Below, one piece after another: positions 1 through 50,046 of a DNA stretch of 64,000 bases. The notes under the pieces were generated by a model that was not told the origin of the DNA, made no database searches, and saw only the letters and a program-made list of their open reading frames with translations. Source of the stretch: Myxococcota bacterium (GTDB lineage Bacteria > Myxococcota_A > UBA796 > UBA2385); contig JBIJDH010000015.1 in the NCBI GenBank assembly GCA_044344255.1, positions 130,880 to 194,879 on the forward strand. The letters run 5' to 3'. A program made the translations under genes and the position numbers. Numbering within the stretch: the stretch's first letter is position 1; every line of letters begins with the position of its first letter.

Positions 1-1
1 C

Positions 2-1384
2 GGACAGACCCGCCCTTATCGGGCACGAATGACGCTCGGGAAGGACGACCGCGACTACGGCTGGTTCATCCGTAAGGGATCATCCACCGTTGTCGCCCGC
101 GGCGCCGATGAGACCGAGCTCATGTCTCTCGCGGCGACGGTGCCCTTTGATGATCGGGTCAACCAGCGGGCCACGGTGGAGGATCTCTCCCGCCCGCTGA
201 TCATCGAATTTCTCACCGAGGTCGGGAGCGAGCTCGCCCTGCCGGCGGCGACACTCCCCCTCGCGGAGCTCGGCCGCCAGATGCATGTCGTGGGCGGCTC
301 CCCGGAGGCCCCTTTCCCGCTGAACGTCGGCCTGCTCTTCTTCAATCCGGCACCGCACCGCTTCTTCCCCGGCACGCAGATCGATGTCGTGTGGTTCCCC
401 GAGGGGCCCGGCGCCGACCGCTTCACCGAGAAGGAGTTTCGCGGGCCCATTCACCGCATCCTCCGCGACGCCCTCGACCACATCGACCGCCTTTACATCA
501 CCGTCACGGTCATCAAGCATCGCGACCGCCCCCAGGCCGACCGCGTCTTTAATTTCCCCCTCGACGCCATCGAGGAGGCCCTTGTCAACGCCATCTACCA
601 TCGGTCCTATGAGGAGCGGGAGCCCGTCGAGGTGCGTATCGGCCGGGAGGAGCTCTCCGTCGTGAGCTACCCCGGGCCCGATCGCTCGGTGAAGCTGGAG
701 GCCCTGCGCGCGGGGCGGGCGATGTCGAGGCGCTACCGGAACCGGCGCATCGGCGAGCTCTTGAAGGAGCTGGACCTCACCGAGGGGCGCGGCACCGGCA
801 TCTCCAAGATCGTTCGAGCGATGAAGGTAAATGGGTCGCCGCCGCCGGTCTTCGAGTTTGACGAGGACCACAGCTACTTCGCCGTGGTCCTGCCGATTCA
901 TGTGGCCGCCAGCCCACGGGGGGGAACCGAACAAGTCACCGGGGAAGTCACCCTACAAGTCACCCCACAAGTCGACCCGGCGACCCCGGACGTCACCCCA
1001 CAAGTCGACCCGGCGACCCCGGAAGTCACCCTACAAGTCACCCCGGAGGTCGACCCGGCGACCCCGGAAGTCGTCTCGACAGATAATAAACATGTCGTTA
1101 AACCTGAAGAACGCGACGCCCTACAAGTCACCCTACAAGTCACCCTACAAGTTGAGTCCGAGCTGCTACTGCTGCTCTCGTCGGTCTCAGACGAGCCCTC
1201 CACGAGGCAGATCCTGACGCGCCTCGGGCTGGTGGACCGGGCAAACCTCCGGGACTTGTACCTGCTCCCTGCCCTCGCCGAGGGCCTCGTCGAGATGACC
1301 CGCCCCGACAAGCCGCGCAGCAGCAAGCAGCGATACCGCCTCACCGAGAAGGGCCGAGTCTGGCTCGCCCGTTCGAAACCCTGA
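2..1384 (+). CDS. Schlafen/AlbA_2-type ATP-binding transcriptional regulator (RecG C-terminal/HATPase_c_4 domain plus C-terminal wHTH), 5'-truncated by the window edge
   Basis: The frame is open from the window start (GQTRPYRARM...). Motifs EEALVNAIYHRSY, SYPGP, RRYRNRRIGELLKELDLTEGRGTG and the C-terminal LxPALAEGLVEMTRPDKPRSSKQRYRLT are typical of this family. Confidence 0.8.
   Translation, partial: GQTRPYRARMTLGKDDRDYGWFIRKGSSTVVARGADETELMSLAATVPFDDRVNQRATVEDLSRPLIIEFLTEVGSELALPAATLPLAELGRQMHVVGGSPEAPFPLNVGLLFFNPAPHRFFPGTQIDVVWFPEGPGADRFTEKEFRGPIHRILRDALDHIDRLYITVTVIKHRDRPQADRVFNFPLDAIEEALVNAIYHRSYEEREPVEVRIGREELSVVSYPGPDRSVKLEALRAGRAMSRRYRNRRIGELLKELDLTEGRGTGISKIVRAMKVNGSPPPVFEFDEDHSYFAVVLPIHVAASPRGGTEQVTGEVTLQVTPQVDPATPDVTPQVDPATPEVTLQVTPEVDPATPEVVSTDNKHVVKPEERDALQVTLQVTLQVESELLLLLSSVSDEPSTRQILTRLGLVDRANLRDLYLLPALAEGLVEMTRPDKPRSSKQRYRLTEKGRVWLARSKP
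931..1152 (+). repeat. Intragenic repeat array of 12-nt CAAGTCACCC(T/C)A-like and GTCGACCCGGCGACCCCGG units encoding QVT(L/P) / VDPATP
   Basis: Reiterated units are directly visible between the ATPase-like domain and the wHTH, interrupted by an AT-rich insert at about 1076-1118. Confidence 0.85.
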
Positions 1385-1683
1385 GTGTCGACACAGCGAG
1401 CCCCGAGCGCCCCAGGGAACCGAACGATGTGCGCGACCGCCTGCGACGTGCGCTCCGTCTGGACCTCGTGGGTGCAGAGGTCCGCTGGGGGACAACGACA
1501 CCCTCATCCCAAACCCTACGCAGGTCTCGGGCGAGACGCTGACGGCGAAGCAGCGAGGGGGAGCGGGATACGGAAGTCGAAGCGGATCCAGCTCTCCTTG
1601 CCGGTCCACCGGGCTCAAGAAGACCTATCTGTCCCCGGCCACCCGGGCGTCCGCCTCGTCGTGACCGCTCGCGTGGTGGTGGG

Positions 1684-1894
1684 CACTGCCGTGAAGGCGG
1701 GCTCGGTGTCTGACTTTGTCGTGACCGAGCGGCCGCCCGCTGGCGATCCGGTGCACGAGCGGTCTGAGTGGTGTACTACCGCTGGCTGTTCGTGCACCGG
1801 CCGTAGCCATTGCCGCAGCGATCGCCGTCGCCAGCGGGCGCGGGTCGTCGACCCAGCGGGGCGAGGCTCCCGTTGCGGTCGCTTTCACGGTGTG
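1684..1894. other. Long imperfect hairpin / candidate structured non-coding element
   Basis: Nested inverted repeats: 1689-1699 with 1880-1890 (one G.U), 1734-1746 with 1828-1840 (perfect 13 bp), 1748-1758 with 1790-1800 (perfect 11 bp), and an inner AGCGGT/ACCGCT pair. No convincing ORF overlaps it. Confidence 0.5.
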
Positions 1895-1968
1895 GGCTCG
1901 GAGGGCCGGCCGGCCTATCCAGGGAGTGCCCGCCTGCGGCTCGACGCGGGGGGCGAATAGAGGCCTCC

Positions 1969-2432
1969 GTGACCCCCGCCGATTCGATAGCCACCCTGCC
2001 TTCCCAGTCGCCGCGCCCCGACGCCTCGGAGGGCGACGAGGCGCTCCGCCGCGCCCACCTGACCCGCGAGGGCTCGGTTCGTGTCTTCGGATCGCTCCTC
2101 CTGGTCGTGGGCGGCCTGTCGATCGTCCAAGGCGTCCTGTTGATCGCGCTCGGGAGCCTCGCGCGGACCGCCGAGGCAGACCTCACCGCAGAGCTGCCCC
2201 GGCTGCTCCAGGGCGGTGCGCTCCCTCGGAGACACCCTCGGTGCTCATGGGCCTCTGCGGCCTTTATCTGCTCGGCTCGAAGCAGGGGGAGATGGTCTTT
2301 ACCGAGCGATACGCCGAGGCGCGCCGCAGCACCCCGCAAATCGTCTATCGCCCCTCAAGGGTGGCCTGGGGCCTCGTGCTCTTGGCGCTCTCCGGTGTCA
2401 GCCTCGTGGTCTGGCTCGGGCTGGGCCGCTGA
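1969..2432 (+). pseudogene. Frameshifted / internally deleted small membrane protein
   Basis: A GTG start at 1969 follows AGAGG. The N-half (HLTREGSVRVFGSLLLVVGGL..., TM helix) is in one frame and the C-half (GLYLLGSKQGEMVFTERY...TPQIVYRPSR plus TM) is in another. The junction is at about 2220-2245. Confidence 0.55.
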
Positions 2433-2456
2433 TCGGTCGGGCGCGGGCGCTCCGGG

Positions 2457-3299
2457 TCAGGGCTCCCAGGGGAAGCGCCCCTCGGTCACGTAGCGGCGGA
2501 TGTCCTGCCGGACCTTCGGGTCGCTGAACATCGCTCGGTTTGCGGCGAGGGCGGCCTCGCGGTCGGCCTCCGGCGAGCCGTGGAGGCCGGCGCGGAAGGA
2601 CTTGTAGCGGCGGAGGCCGGCGCGGCTCAAGCGGCGGAGGCTGACGAGCTGCCGGCGGAGGGCGAGCTCGACGTTGTCCTCGACGGCGTCGAGGAGAGAC
2701 CACTGCAGCGCCTCGGCGGCGGAGATGGGCCGGGTGCTGAGCGTGAGGCGGTGGGCACGCTGCGCCCCGACCCGCCGGGAGAGGAAGGGATAGACACAGG
2801 CCGGCAGGAGGCCGAAGAGGAGCTCGGACAGGCTGAGCTCGGCGCTGGGGTCGGCGAGGGCGAGGTCCGCGGCGGCGACGAAGCCCACACCGCCTGCGTT
2901 CACGCGGCCCTGCACGACGCACAGATAGACGAAGGGCCCCGTCGAGAGGCGGAGCCAGAGGTCATAGAGGGGGGCGGGATCGGCGATGGACGGCCCGCCG
3001 CTGTGGTGGCCCCCGGCGCTGTCGGTGTCGGTGTCGGTGTCTGGATCGGTGAGGCCCGCCTCGACCATCGCCTCGAGGTCACCGCCCGTGCAGAAGGCGG
3101 TGGGCTGGCCGCGCAGCACGAGCACGGTGATCGGCGTCTCCCGGCCTTCGTCCTCGCAGAGGGAGACCACCTCGCTTAGCTCGCGGATGAGCGCGCCGTT
3201 GATCGTGTTGCCCGCCGCCGGGCGGTTCATCGTCACCGTGCAGATGCTGCCGGAGAGGCTGACCAGGAGCGTCTCATAGACGCGGGGGACGGGGTCCAT
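2457..3299 (-). CDS. Enoyl-CoA hydratase of beta-branching cassette (PksH/ECH1-like dehydratase)
   Basis: ATG at 3299 (MDPVPRVYETL). Motifs FCTGGD, GRVNAGGVGFVAAAD, LSELLFGLLPACV and the C-terminal RYVTEGRFPWE. Contains a DTDTDTD insertion. Confidence 0.92.
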   Translation of the reverse strand: MDPVPRVYETLLVSLSGSICTVTMNRPAAGNTINGALIRELSEVVSLCEDEGRETPITVLVLRGQPTAFCTGGDLEAMVEAGLTDPDTDTDTDSAGGHHSGGPSIADPAPLYDLWLRLSTGPFVYLCVVQGRVNAGGVGFVAAADLALADPSAELSLSELLFGLLPACVYPFLSRRVGAQRAHRLTLSTRPISAAEALQWSLLDAVEDNVELALRRQLVSLRRLSRAGLRRYKSFRAGLHGSPEADREAALAANRAMFSDPKVRQDIRRYVTEGRFPWEP

Positions 3300-4533
3300 C
3301 GGCGGCCTCCACGACGAGGGCGAGGTTGACTCCTCCGAAGCCCATCGAGAGCTTGAGGGCCCTCCGCGGCGGGCTCGCCGGGGCCGCGCCCTGGGCCCAG
3401 CGGAGCTCGGGGCGGGTGGGGTGGTCGAGGTTGCGGGTGCCGTGTAAGCGCCCGGCCTCGAGCTGGAGGAGGAGGGCGGCGAGCTCGACCGCCCCCGCCG
3501 CCGAGAGGCCGTGGCCGATGATCGACTTCGGGGCGTTGAGCTCGGCCCCCTCGAGGCCCGCGGCCCGCAGCGTCGCGAGCTCGGTGTCATCGCCGAGGGG
3601 GGAGCCCGTGCCGTGGGTGCTGATGGCGTCGATGTCCTCGGGGCGGAGGCCCGCGGCCGCGAGCGCGCCCCGCACCGCGCGGAGCTCGCCTTCGACGGAG
3701 GGGCTGGGGCCGCGGCTGGCGTCGGCGGTCTGGGCCCAGCCGAGGAGGCGCCCGTAGTCCGGGCCGCCCGGGCGTGGGAGGGGGGTGTCTCCCCGGCTGA
3801 GCACGATCGCGGCCGACATCTCGCCGTAGACGAAACCCCCGCGGTCGCGGTCGAAGGGGCGGGCGGCCTGGCCGGGCCGCTCCCAGGCCCCTTGGCTGGC
3901 CATCGCGCCCATCGCGCTGAAGGCTTGGAGCTCGTGGCGCGAGAGGTCTTGCAGGGCGCCGATGGCGATGCAGACGTCGACCTGCCCGGCTTGAAGGGCC
4001 TGCGCGGCCAGGGCCACCGCGAGGGCGCCGCTGGCCGAGGCGCCGCCCACCGTGTAGGCGAAGCCGCGGACACCGAAGGCGGCGCTGCAGAGGCCACAGA
4101 GGTCGGTGTCGAGGAAGCTGAGGCCGTATTGGGGGCGGAGGAAGGACAGGCTCTCCTGCGCGCCCTCCCGCATCTCGGCGAGGTGGCGGGTCTGGGTGTT
4201 GCTGCCGCCGATGATGAGGCCGATGCGCTCGGGATCGACGGCGTCGAGGCCGGCTTCGGTCCAGGCCTCGTCGAGCACGGTGACGGCGAGCTGCCCGCTG
4301 AGGCTGGTGGTGCGCAGGATCCGCGAGGGCAGGCGGTGCGGGAGGGCGGGCGGCGGCGGGAGCTCGACCCCGATGAAGGGCGGCGCGCCCGCGGCGGCCT
4401 CCCGCCCGGGGCGGCGGAGGAGGCCAAAGACGTCTCGCCCCTGCTCGAGGCCCTCGCGCAGCGCCGCCTTGCCGTAGCCGAGGCCGGTGGCCACGCCGAG
4501 GCCGATCACCCGGGGGGCGGTAAAGCGGGCCAC
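3274..4533 (-). CDS. Free-standing decarboxylating ketosynthase KS0 (PksF-like) of beta-branching cassette
   Basis: The active-site Cys is replaced by Ser (GGASASG). HGTGS and GHGLSAAG are retained, and PFDRDRGGFVYGE is present. The start is placed at GTG 4533 after GAGG and is uncertain. Confidence 0.9.
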   Translation of the reverse strand: MARFTAPRVIGLGVATGLGYGKAALREGLEQGRDVFGLLRRPGREAAAGAPPFIGVELPPPPALPHRLPSRILRTTSLSGQLAVTVLDEAWTEAGLDAVDPERIGLIIGGSNTQTRHLAEMREGAQESLSFLRPQYGLSFLDTDLCGLCSAAFGVRGFAYTVGGASASGALAVALAAQALQAGQVDVCIAIGALQDLSRHELQAFSAMGAMASQGAWERPGQAARPFDRDRGGFVYGEMSAAIVLSRGDTPLPRPGGPDYGRLLGWAQTADASRGPSPSVEGELRAVRGALAAAGLRPEDIDAISTHGTGSPLGDDTELATLRAAGLEGAELNAPKSIIGHGLSAAGAVELAALLLQLEAGRLHGTRNLDHPTRPELRWAQGAAPASPPRRALKLSMGFGGVNLALVVEAADGPRPPRL

Positions 4534-4540
4534 CGGCGCC

Positions 4541-4909
4541 TCAGGCGCCCCGTTGGAGCGTGCTGGCGAGGACCATACTGGCGCTGACCTTGATCGCGAT
4601 GAGGTCTGCGAGCTCACCGAGGTTCTGTGGACCGTACATCTGGACGATGGGGATGTTGAGCCCGACGGCCTCGAGGGTCATGACCACGATCTCGGTGCGC
4701 TCCAGCGACCCGACGCCGAGCTCCTTCAGCTGGTCTGCGCGTTGAAAGGGGTGCCCGTCGAGCTCTGGCACGACCTCGCGCACGTTCGAGAGGATAATCT
4801 GAAAGACCGCGTCCGAATTCATGGGGCTCGTCGGGGGACTGGAGGGACTGGAGGGACTGGAGGGACTGGAGGGACTGGGCGGACCCAGCGGTGCACGGCG
4901 GGTGTTCAC
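4541..4909 (-). CDS. Donor acyl carrier protein (AcpK-like) of beta-branching cassette
   Basis: The core REVVPELDGH...LKELGVGSLERTEIV...GPQNLGELADL resembles AcpK (LGANSVDRAEI). The start is either GTG 4909 (GTGA overlap with the HMGS stop) or ATG 4822. Confidence 0.85.
   Translation of the reverse strand: MNTRRAPLGPPSPSSPSSPSSPSSPPTSPMNSDAVFQIILSNVREVVPELDGHPFQRADQLKELGVGSLERTEIVVMTLEAVGLNIPIVQMYGPQNLGELADLIAIKVSASMVLASTLQRGA
4835..4878 (+). repeat. 9-nt tandem repeat GGGACTGGA x ~5
   Basis: Four full copies and one 8/9 copy are visible. They encode (PSS)n if the ACP starts at 4909. Confidence 0.9.
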
Positions 4910-6159
4910 GCCCACTCGTATTTGCGGTGGTATCCGTCCATTCGACGGAGGGCCAGCCGGCCCCCGCCTTGGTAGCGCGCCCAGGCGTTGGGGAGGATGT
5001 CGTGGTTGGGGGTCGCGTCCCGCGTGCCGAAGCGCACCACCTCTTCGCCCTTGAGCAGCAGCTCGTACTCTTCGATCGACAAGCGATAGCGGGCGTCGAG
5101 GCCGGCGCTGAGGTTCATCGCCCGCAGGCGGGCCTGTCCGTCGGGGGTGATGACGCCGCTGAAGAACTCCGAGCAGCAGCCCGAGCCATAGGAGAAGAGG
5201 CCCACCCGCTCGGGTCGGGTGAGCGGCGCCCCATCGAGGATGCCGGCCAGCGCGACCATCATCGAGGCCCCGGCGGTGTTTCCGACGCGGGCCCCGAAGC
5301 GGAGGCTCGGCTCCATGCGGCGCACGAAGTCAGCCTCGATCTCGTCCGCGCCGGACCGATAGAGCCGCCGCAGGAGGTGCCGATGGGCCCCCTTCACCAT
5401 GCCGCCAAAGGGGGTGTGAAAGGCGAGGTAGCGGAAGCTCTGTCGAAAATCGGCCGCCTCTACGCGGCGGGCGTAGTCAGCCCAGGCCTTCACGCAGCAG
5501 TCGAGGTAGGCCATCAGGGACAGATCGGAGTCCCCGGCTTCATTGTCGGGGCCCGGCCGACAGGTGTCCATCACCTCGAAGGCGTGCACTCCATAGGCCC
5601 CCGGATCGATCCGAAGGATCTTCGGGTCGGCGCTGACGAGCATGGCGAGGGCGCCCGAGCCCGAGCTCGGCTCCGAGTAGGCCCACTCCTGGATCTCCCG
5701 CTGGTCCGCGAGCGCGAAGCGGGCGATGTCGGTGGCGATCACCAGGGCCCGCGCGCCGGGGGCGGTGCCGGACAGGATGAAGTTCACCGCCATCTGCAGG
5801 CCCACCGCGCCCGAGTAGCAGGCCTGCTTCACCTCGAACAAACGGCAGTTGGGGGCCAGCTTGAGCTGGTCGTGGACATAGGTGCTGATCGACTTGCCGA
5901 AGTCGATGCCCGACTCCGTGCAGGTGATGAGCATCTGGATCGAGGCCCGCGCCTCGGGGTCGAGCGCGTCGATGAGGGGCTTCGCCGCGTTGACCGCGAA
6001 GGTGACGGGGTCCTCGTAGGGGAGGGCGACCGTCTTCTCCACCATCAGCAGCTTGTCGAAGCGGTCGGGGTCGAGCCGCCGGTGGCGGGCGAGCTCGCGC
6101 ACGTCGATACAGGCGGCCCCGCCGTAGAGGTTCATCGCCTCGACGCCTGCGTCGGTCAT
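4906..6159 (-). CDS. HMG-CoA synthase-like beta-branching enzyme (PksG-like HCS)
   Basis: ATG at 6159 with an ATGA overlap on the P450 stop. Motifs EDPVTFAVNAA, TESGIDFGKS, EVKQACYSG (catalytic Cys), AFHTPFGGMVKGAHR and FSYGSGCCSEF. Confidence 0.95.
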   Translation of the reverse strand: MTDAGVEAMNLYGGAACIDVRELARHRRLDPDRFDKLLMVEKTVALPYEDPVTFAVNAAKPLIDALDPEARASIQMLITCTESGIDFGKSISTYVHDQLKLAPNCRLFEVKQACYSGAVGLQMAVNFILSGTAPGARALVIATDIARFALADQREIQEWAYSEPSSGSGALAMLVSADPKILRIDPGAYGVHAFEVMDTCRPGPDNEAGDSDLSLMAYLDCCVKAWADYARRVEAADFRQSFRYLAFHTPFGGMVKGAHRHLLRRLYRSGADEIEADFVRRMEPSLRFGARVGNTAGASMMVALAGILDGAPLTRPERVGLFSYGSGCCSEFFSGVITPDGQARLRAMNLSAGLDARYRLSIEEYELLLKGEEVVRFGTRDATPNHDILPNAWARYQGGGRLALRRMDGYHRKYEWA

Positions 6160-7421
6160 CGGGCACCCCCGGGGGCGCCGGCCGCGGAGACCCGGATCGG
6201 GAGCGACGCGAGGCCGCGGGCGTTCATCCGGTCGAGGCGCCAGGCGTGGGGGCCGGCGAGCTCCAGCTGGGCATACCGGTCGAGCAGGCGGTCGAAGGCG
6301 ATCTGGGTCTCCAGGCGGGCCATCGGGGCGCCGACGCAGACGTGGCCGCCGCCGCCGAACGTGAAGTGGGGGTTCTGGGCGCGGCCGACGTCGAAGGTGT
6401 CGGGGGCGTCGAAGGCGCCCGGGTCGCGGTTGATGGCGCCGATGAGGCCGATGACGGCGCTGCCTGCGGGGATGAGGGCCTCCCCGATCTCGACGTCCTC
6501 GATCGAGACGCGCAGGATCATGTTGCCGCCCGGCTCGTAGCGCATCATCTCCTCGATGGCCGGCCGGATGAGGGCGCGGTCGGCGCGCAGGCGGCGGAGC
6601 TGGTCGGGGTGCTGCAGCAGGCAGAGGAGGCCGTTGCCGAGCAAGGTCACGGTGGTCTCGTGGCCGGCGATCAGCATCGAGACAAGGTTGGTGAGGGTCT
6701 CGGGCTCGTCGAGCACCCCCGTGTCCCAGGCCTCGAGGACGAGGCTGATCATGCCCTCCCCGCGGGCGGGGCGGGCGCGGGCGAGGTGGCCGCGGAGGTA
6801 GTCCTTGAACTCGAGCAGGGCGTCGTAGGCCTCCTGCTTCTGGGGGGCCGACATCATCACGTCGCCGACCTTGATGATCGCGGCGCTCCATGCGGCCATC
6901 TGCTCGTCCATCGACGGGGGCATCTCGAAGAGGTTGCACAGCACCCGCAGCGGCATCGGCGAGGCGTAGGCCGCCATGAAGTCGAGCTCGCCCTCGGCGG
7001 GCATCATGTCGAGCAGCCGGTCGCTCTCCGCCCGGAACATCTCCGCCATCGCGCCGACGGCCCCCGCCGTGAAGGCCCGGGCGTAGACGGCGCGCATCCG
7101 CCGGTGATCGGGTGGGTTCGAATTGATCATCTGCGGCTGGAAGTCGGTGAAGAGGCGGTAGGCCAGCGGATCGGCGGCCGCGCGGGCAGGGCTCGACCAA
7201 CCATCCTTCCACAGCCGCGTGTCGCGACCGAGCTTGGGGGAGCGCACCACCTCGGCGAACTCCGCGTGACCGAGGATGAACCAGACCCCGGTGGCGGGGT
7301 CCTGCTGGACGGCGCCCTGGCCGCGGAGGGCGGCGAGGGTGGGGTAGGGGTCGAGGATGTAGGCGGGATCGGCGAAGGTGGACCACCACTCGAAGGCGGC
7401 CGGGGCGAGGAGGGGGTGCAT
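6156..7421 (-). CDS. Cytochrome P450 (tailoring monooxygenase)
   Basis: I-helix LIAGHETT, ExxR (EMMR) and heme motif FGGGGHVCVG. The start abuts the PKS/NRPS stop (TGA-ATG). Confidence 0.95.
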   Translation of the reverse strand: MHPLLAPAAFEWWSTFADPAYILDPYPTLAALRGQGAVQQDPATGVWFILGHAEFAEVVRSPKLGRDTRLWKDGWSSPARAAADPLAYRLFTDFQPQMINSNPPDHRRMRAVYARAFTAGAVGAMAEMFRAESDRLLDMMPAEGELDFMAAYASPMPLRVLCNLFEMPPSMDEQMAAWSAAIIKVGDVMMSAPQKQEAYDALLEFKDYLRGHLARARPARGEGMISLVLEAWDTGVLDEPETLTNLVSMLIAGHETTVTLLGNGLLCLLQHPDQLRRLRADRALIRPAIEEMMRYEPGGNMILRVSIEDVEIGEALIPAGSAVIGLIGAINRDPGAFDAPDTFDVGRAQNPHFTFGGGGHVCVGAPMARLETQIAFDRLLDRYAQLELAGPHAWRLDRMNARGLASLPIRVSAAGAPGGAR

Positions 7422-28117
<20,696 letters not shown>

Positions 28118-28121
<4 letters not shown>

Positions 28122-29434
28122 CCGGTCCGCTCCAACATGTCGCGGTAGCGCCGCATCGCCGACAGCAGCTTCCAGAGGTCGGCCTCGAAGCGGTGACGGT
28201 GGGAGTCTACGAAGTAGCCCTGGCCGATGTCGGGCCGGTCGACCTGCTTGGCGGTGAGGAAGTCGGCGAGGCCGCGCCCGCGGCGGGCGAGGGCCCGGGC
28301 GTAGCTGCGCACGAAGCTCCCCTGGGTGGTGAGGCCGTCGCCGAGGCCGCCGGCCGCGTTGATGAAGCCCATGAACAGCAGGTTGTCGTGGTTGCGCGGC
28401 GTGGAGTGCAGGAAGAGGTCGGGGAGGCCGGCGTCCCACTCGAGCAGGTCGCGGTCGAGGAAGGAGAGGTCTCGGTCGTAGCCGGTGGCGTAGAGCAGGG
28501 TGTCGATCTCCGCCGCGGTGCCGTCCAAGAAGCGGACCGTCCGGCCCTCGAAGGAGGCGACGTCGCCCTTGGGGGTGATGGCGCCGTGGCCGATGTAGTA
28601 GAGGATCTGGGAGTTCATCACCGGGTGGGCGGCGTCGAGGGGGTAGGTCGGGGCCGGCAGGCCGTAGTCCACCCCATCGAAGCCCGCGAGCTTGTAGACC
28701 TCCTCGATGTAAGCGAGGGTCTCCTCCTTGGTGGCGAACTTGTTTCCGAGCTCCATCAGCCACTGGGGGGTGGGCTTGCCGTCGATGAATTTCGGCTGGT
28801 AGTAGTAGCCGCGCCGCGTGCTGTGGAGGACCGAGCGGGCGTGGTGCACCGCCTCAGCGGCGAGGTCGCAGCCCGAGTTTCCGCCCCCGACCACGAGCAC
28901 CCGCCGGTCTGCGAGCTGGCTCCGGTGTTTGTACTCGCTCGAGTGGAGGGTCTCGCCGGTGAACTCGCCGGGGTAGGCGGGGTCGGGGTACCGCGGCCGG
29001 CGCTGGAGCCCGCTGCAGACCACGGCGAGGTCGAAGCGCCCGCCGTCGCGGCCGCCCTCCAGCTCTACCCGCCAGCCCCCCGCCTCTGGGCGGAGGCTCC
29101 GCACCGCCGCCCCGAGGCGGGCCCGCTCGTAGAGCCCGAAGGACCGAGCATAAGATCGGATGTAGGCGAGCATCTGCTCGTGGCTCGGGTAGTGCGGGTA
29201 GCTCTCCAGCATCGGGAAGCTCGGCACCTGGGTGTTGAGCTTCGGCGAGATGAGGTGCAAGGAGGGGTAGGTGCGGCCGGCGGCGGAGCCCGTGTTCCAG
29301 ACCCCGCCGAGGTCCGCCTCCCCCTCGAAGAGCGTGTAGTCGAGCCTCTCCGCGGCGAGGGCGTGGGAGACGCCGATGCCGGTGGGGCCGCCGCCGATGA
29401 CACAGACCCGGAGGTTGTTCTGGAGCGCGCTCAT
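28118..29434 (-). CDS. Flavin-dependent (Baeyer-Villiger-type) monooxygenase between the two PKS genes (PedG/OocK/SbnP-like)
   Basis: GGGPTG FAD motif, FTGETLHSSEY FMO fingerprint, GGGNSG NADPH motif and ATGY. It sits within a split KS-DH* / ACP module. Confidence 0.9.
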
Positions 29435-29437
29435 GCC

Positions 29438-49876
<20,439 letters not shown>

Positions 49877-49892
49877 CGGGAGACCTGCTCGA

Positions 49893-49922
49893 TTGAGGAT
49901 CAGAAAACATGCACAGTATAAT
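49893..49922 (+). promoter_or_regulatory. sigma70-type promoter for the PPTase; an overlapping opposite-strand -10 may serve the PKS operon
   Basis: TTGAGG (49893-98)-N18-TATAAT (49917-22) on plus. TATACT on minus at 49915-20. Confidence 0.6.
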
Positions 49923-50046
49923 GGGGCCCGCCTCGGAGATCGAAGGCGGCGGCTGTCTCCGCCAACCCCGGCCTTCGACGATCCACATCGGCACGTCGAT
50001 CTGGACGTGGTATCCTCGATAGTTGGGACGACTCGGAGGTCTGGAG

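Noticed and set aside
931..1152. Possible CRISPR array or iterons
   Set aside because: The units are short, abut without unique spacers and stay in frame within a CDS. No cas or rep genes are present.
1520..1560. Possible SRP RNA (CAGG...GAAGCAGC)
   Set aside because: The spacing and the GGAA tetraloop helix of SRP domain IV are not reproduced.
1615..1797. VVHHSDR peptide resembling the IS3 integrase HHSDRGSQY motif
   Set aside because: The match is only a few residues with no flanking transposase similarity, and it falls inside the hairpin, so it is likely chance.
28122..28763. N-terminal extension of the 7113-aa ORF
   Set aside because: It overlaps the FMO in another frame and is Arg/Pro-rich junk. 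ATG 28121 with an ATGA overlap is the plausible start.
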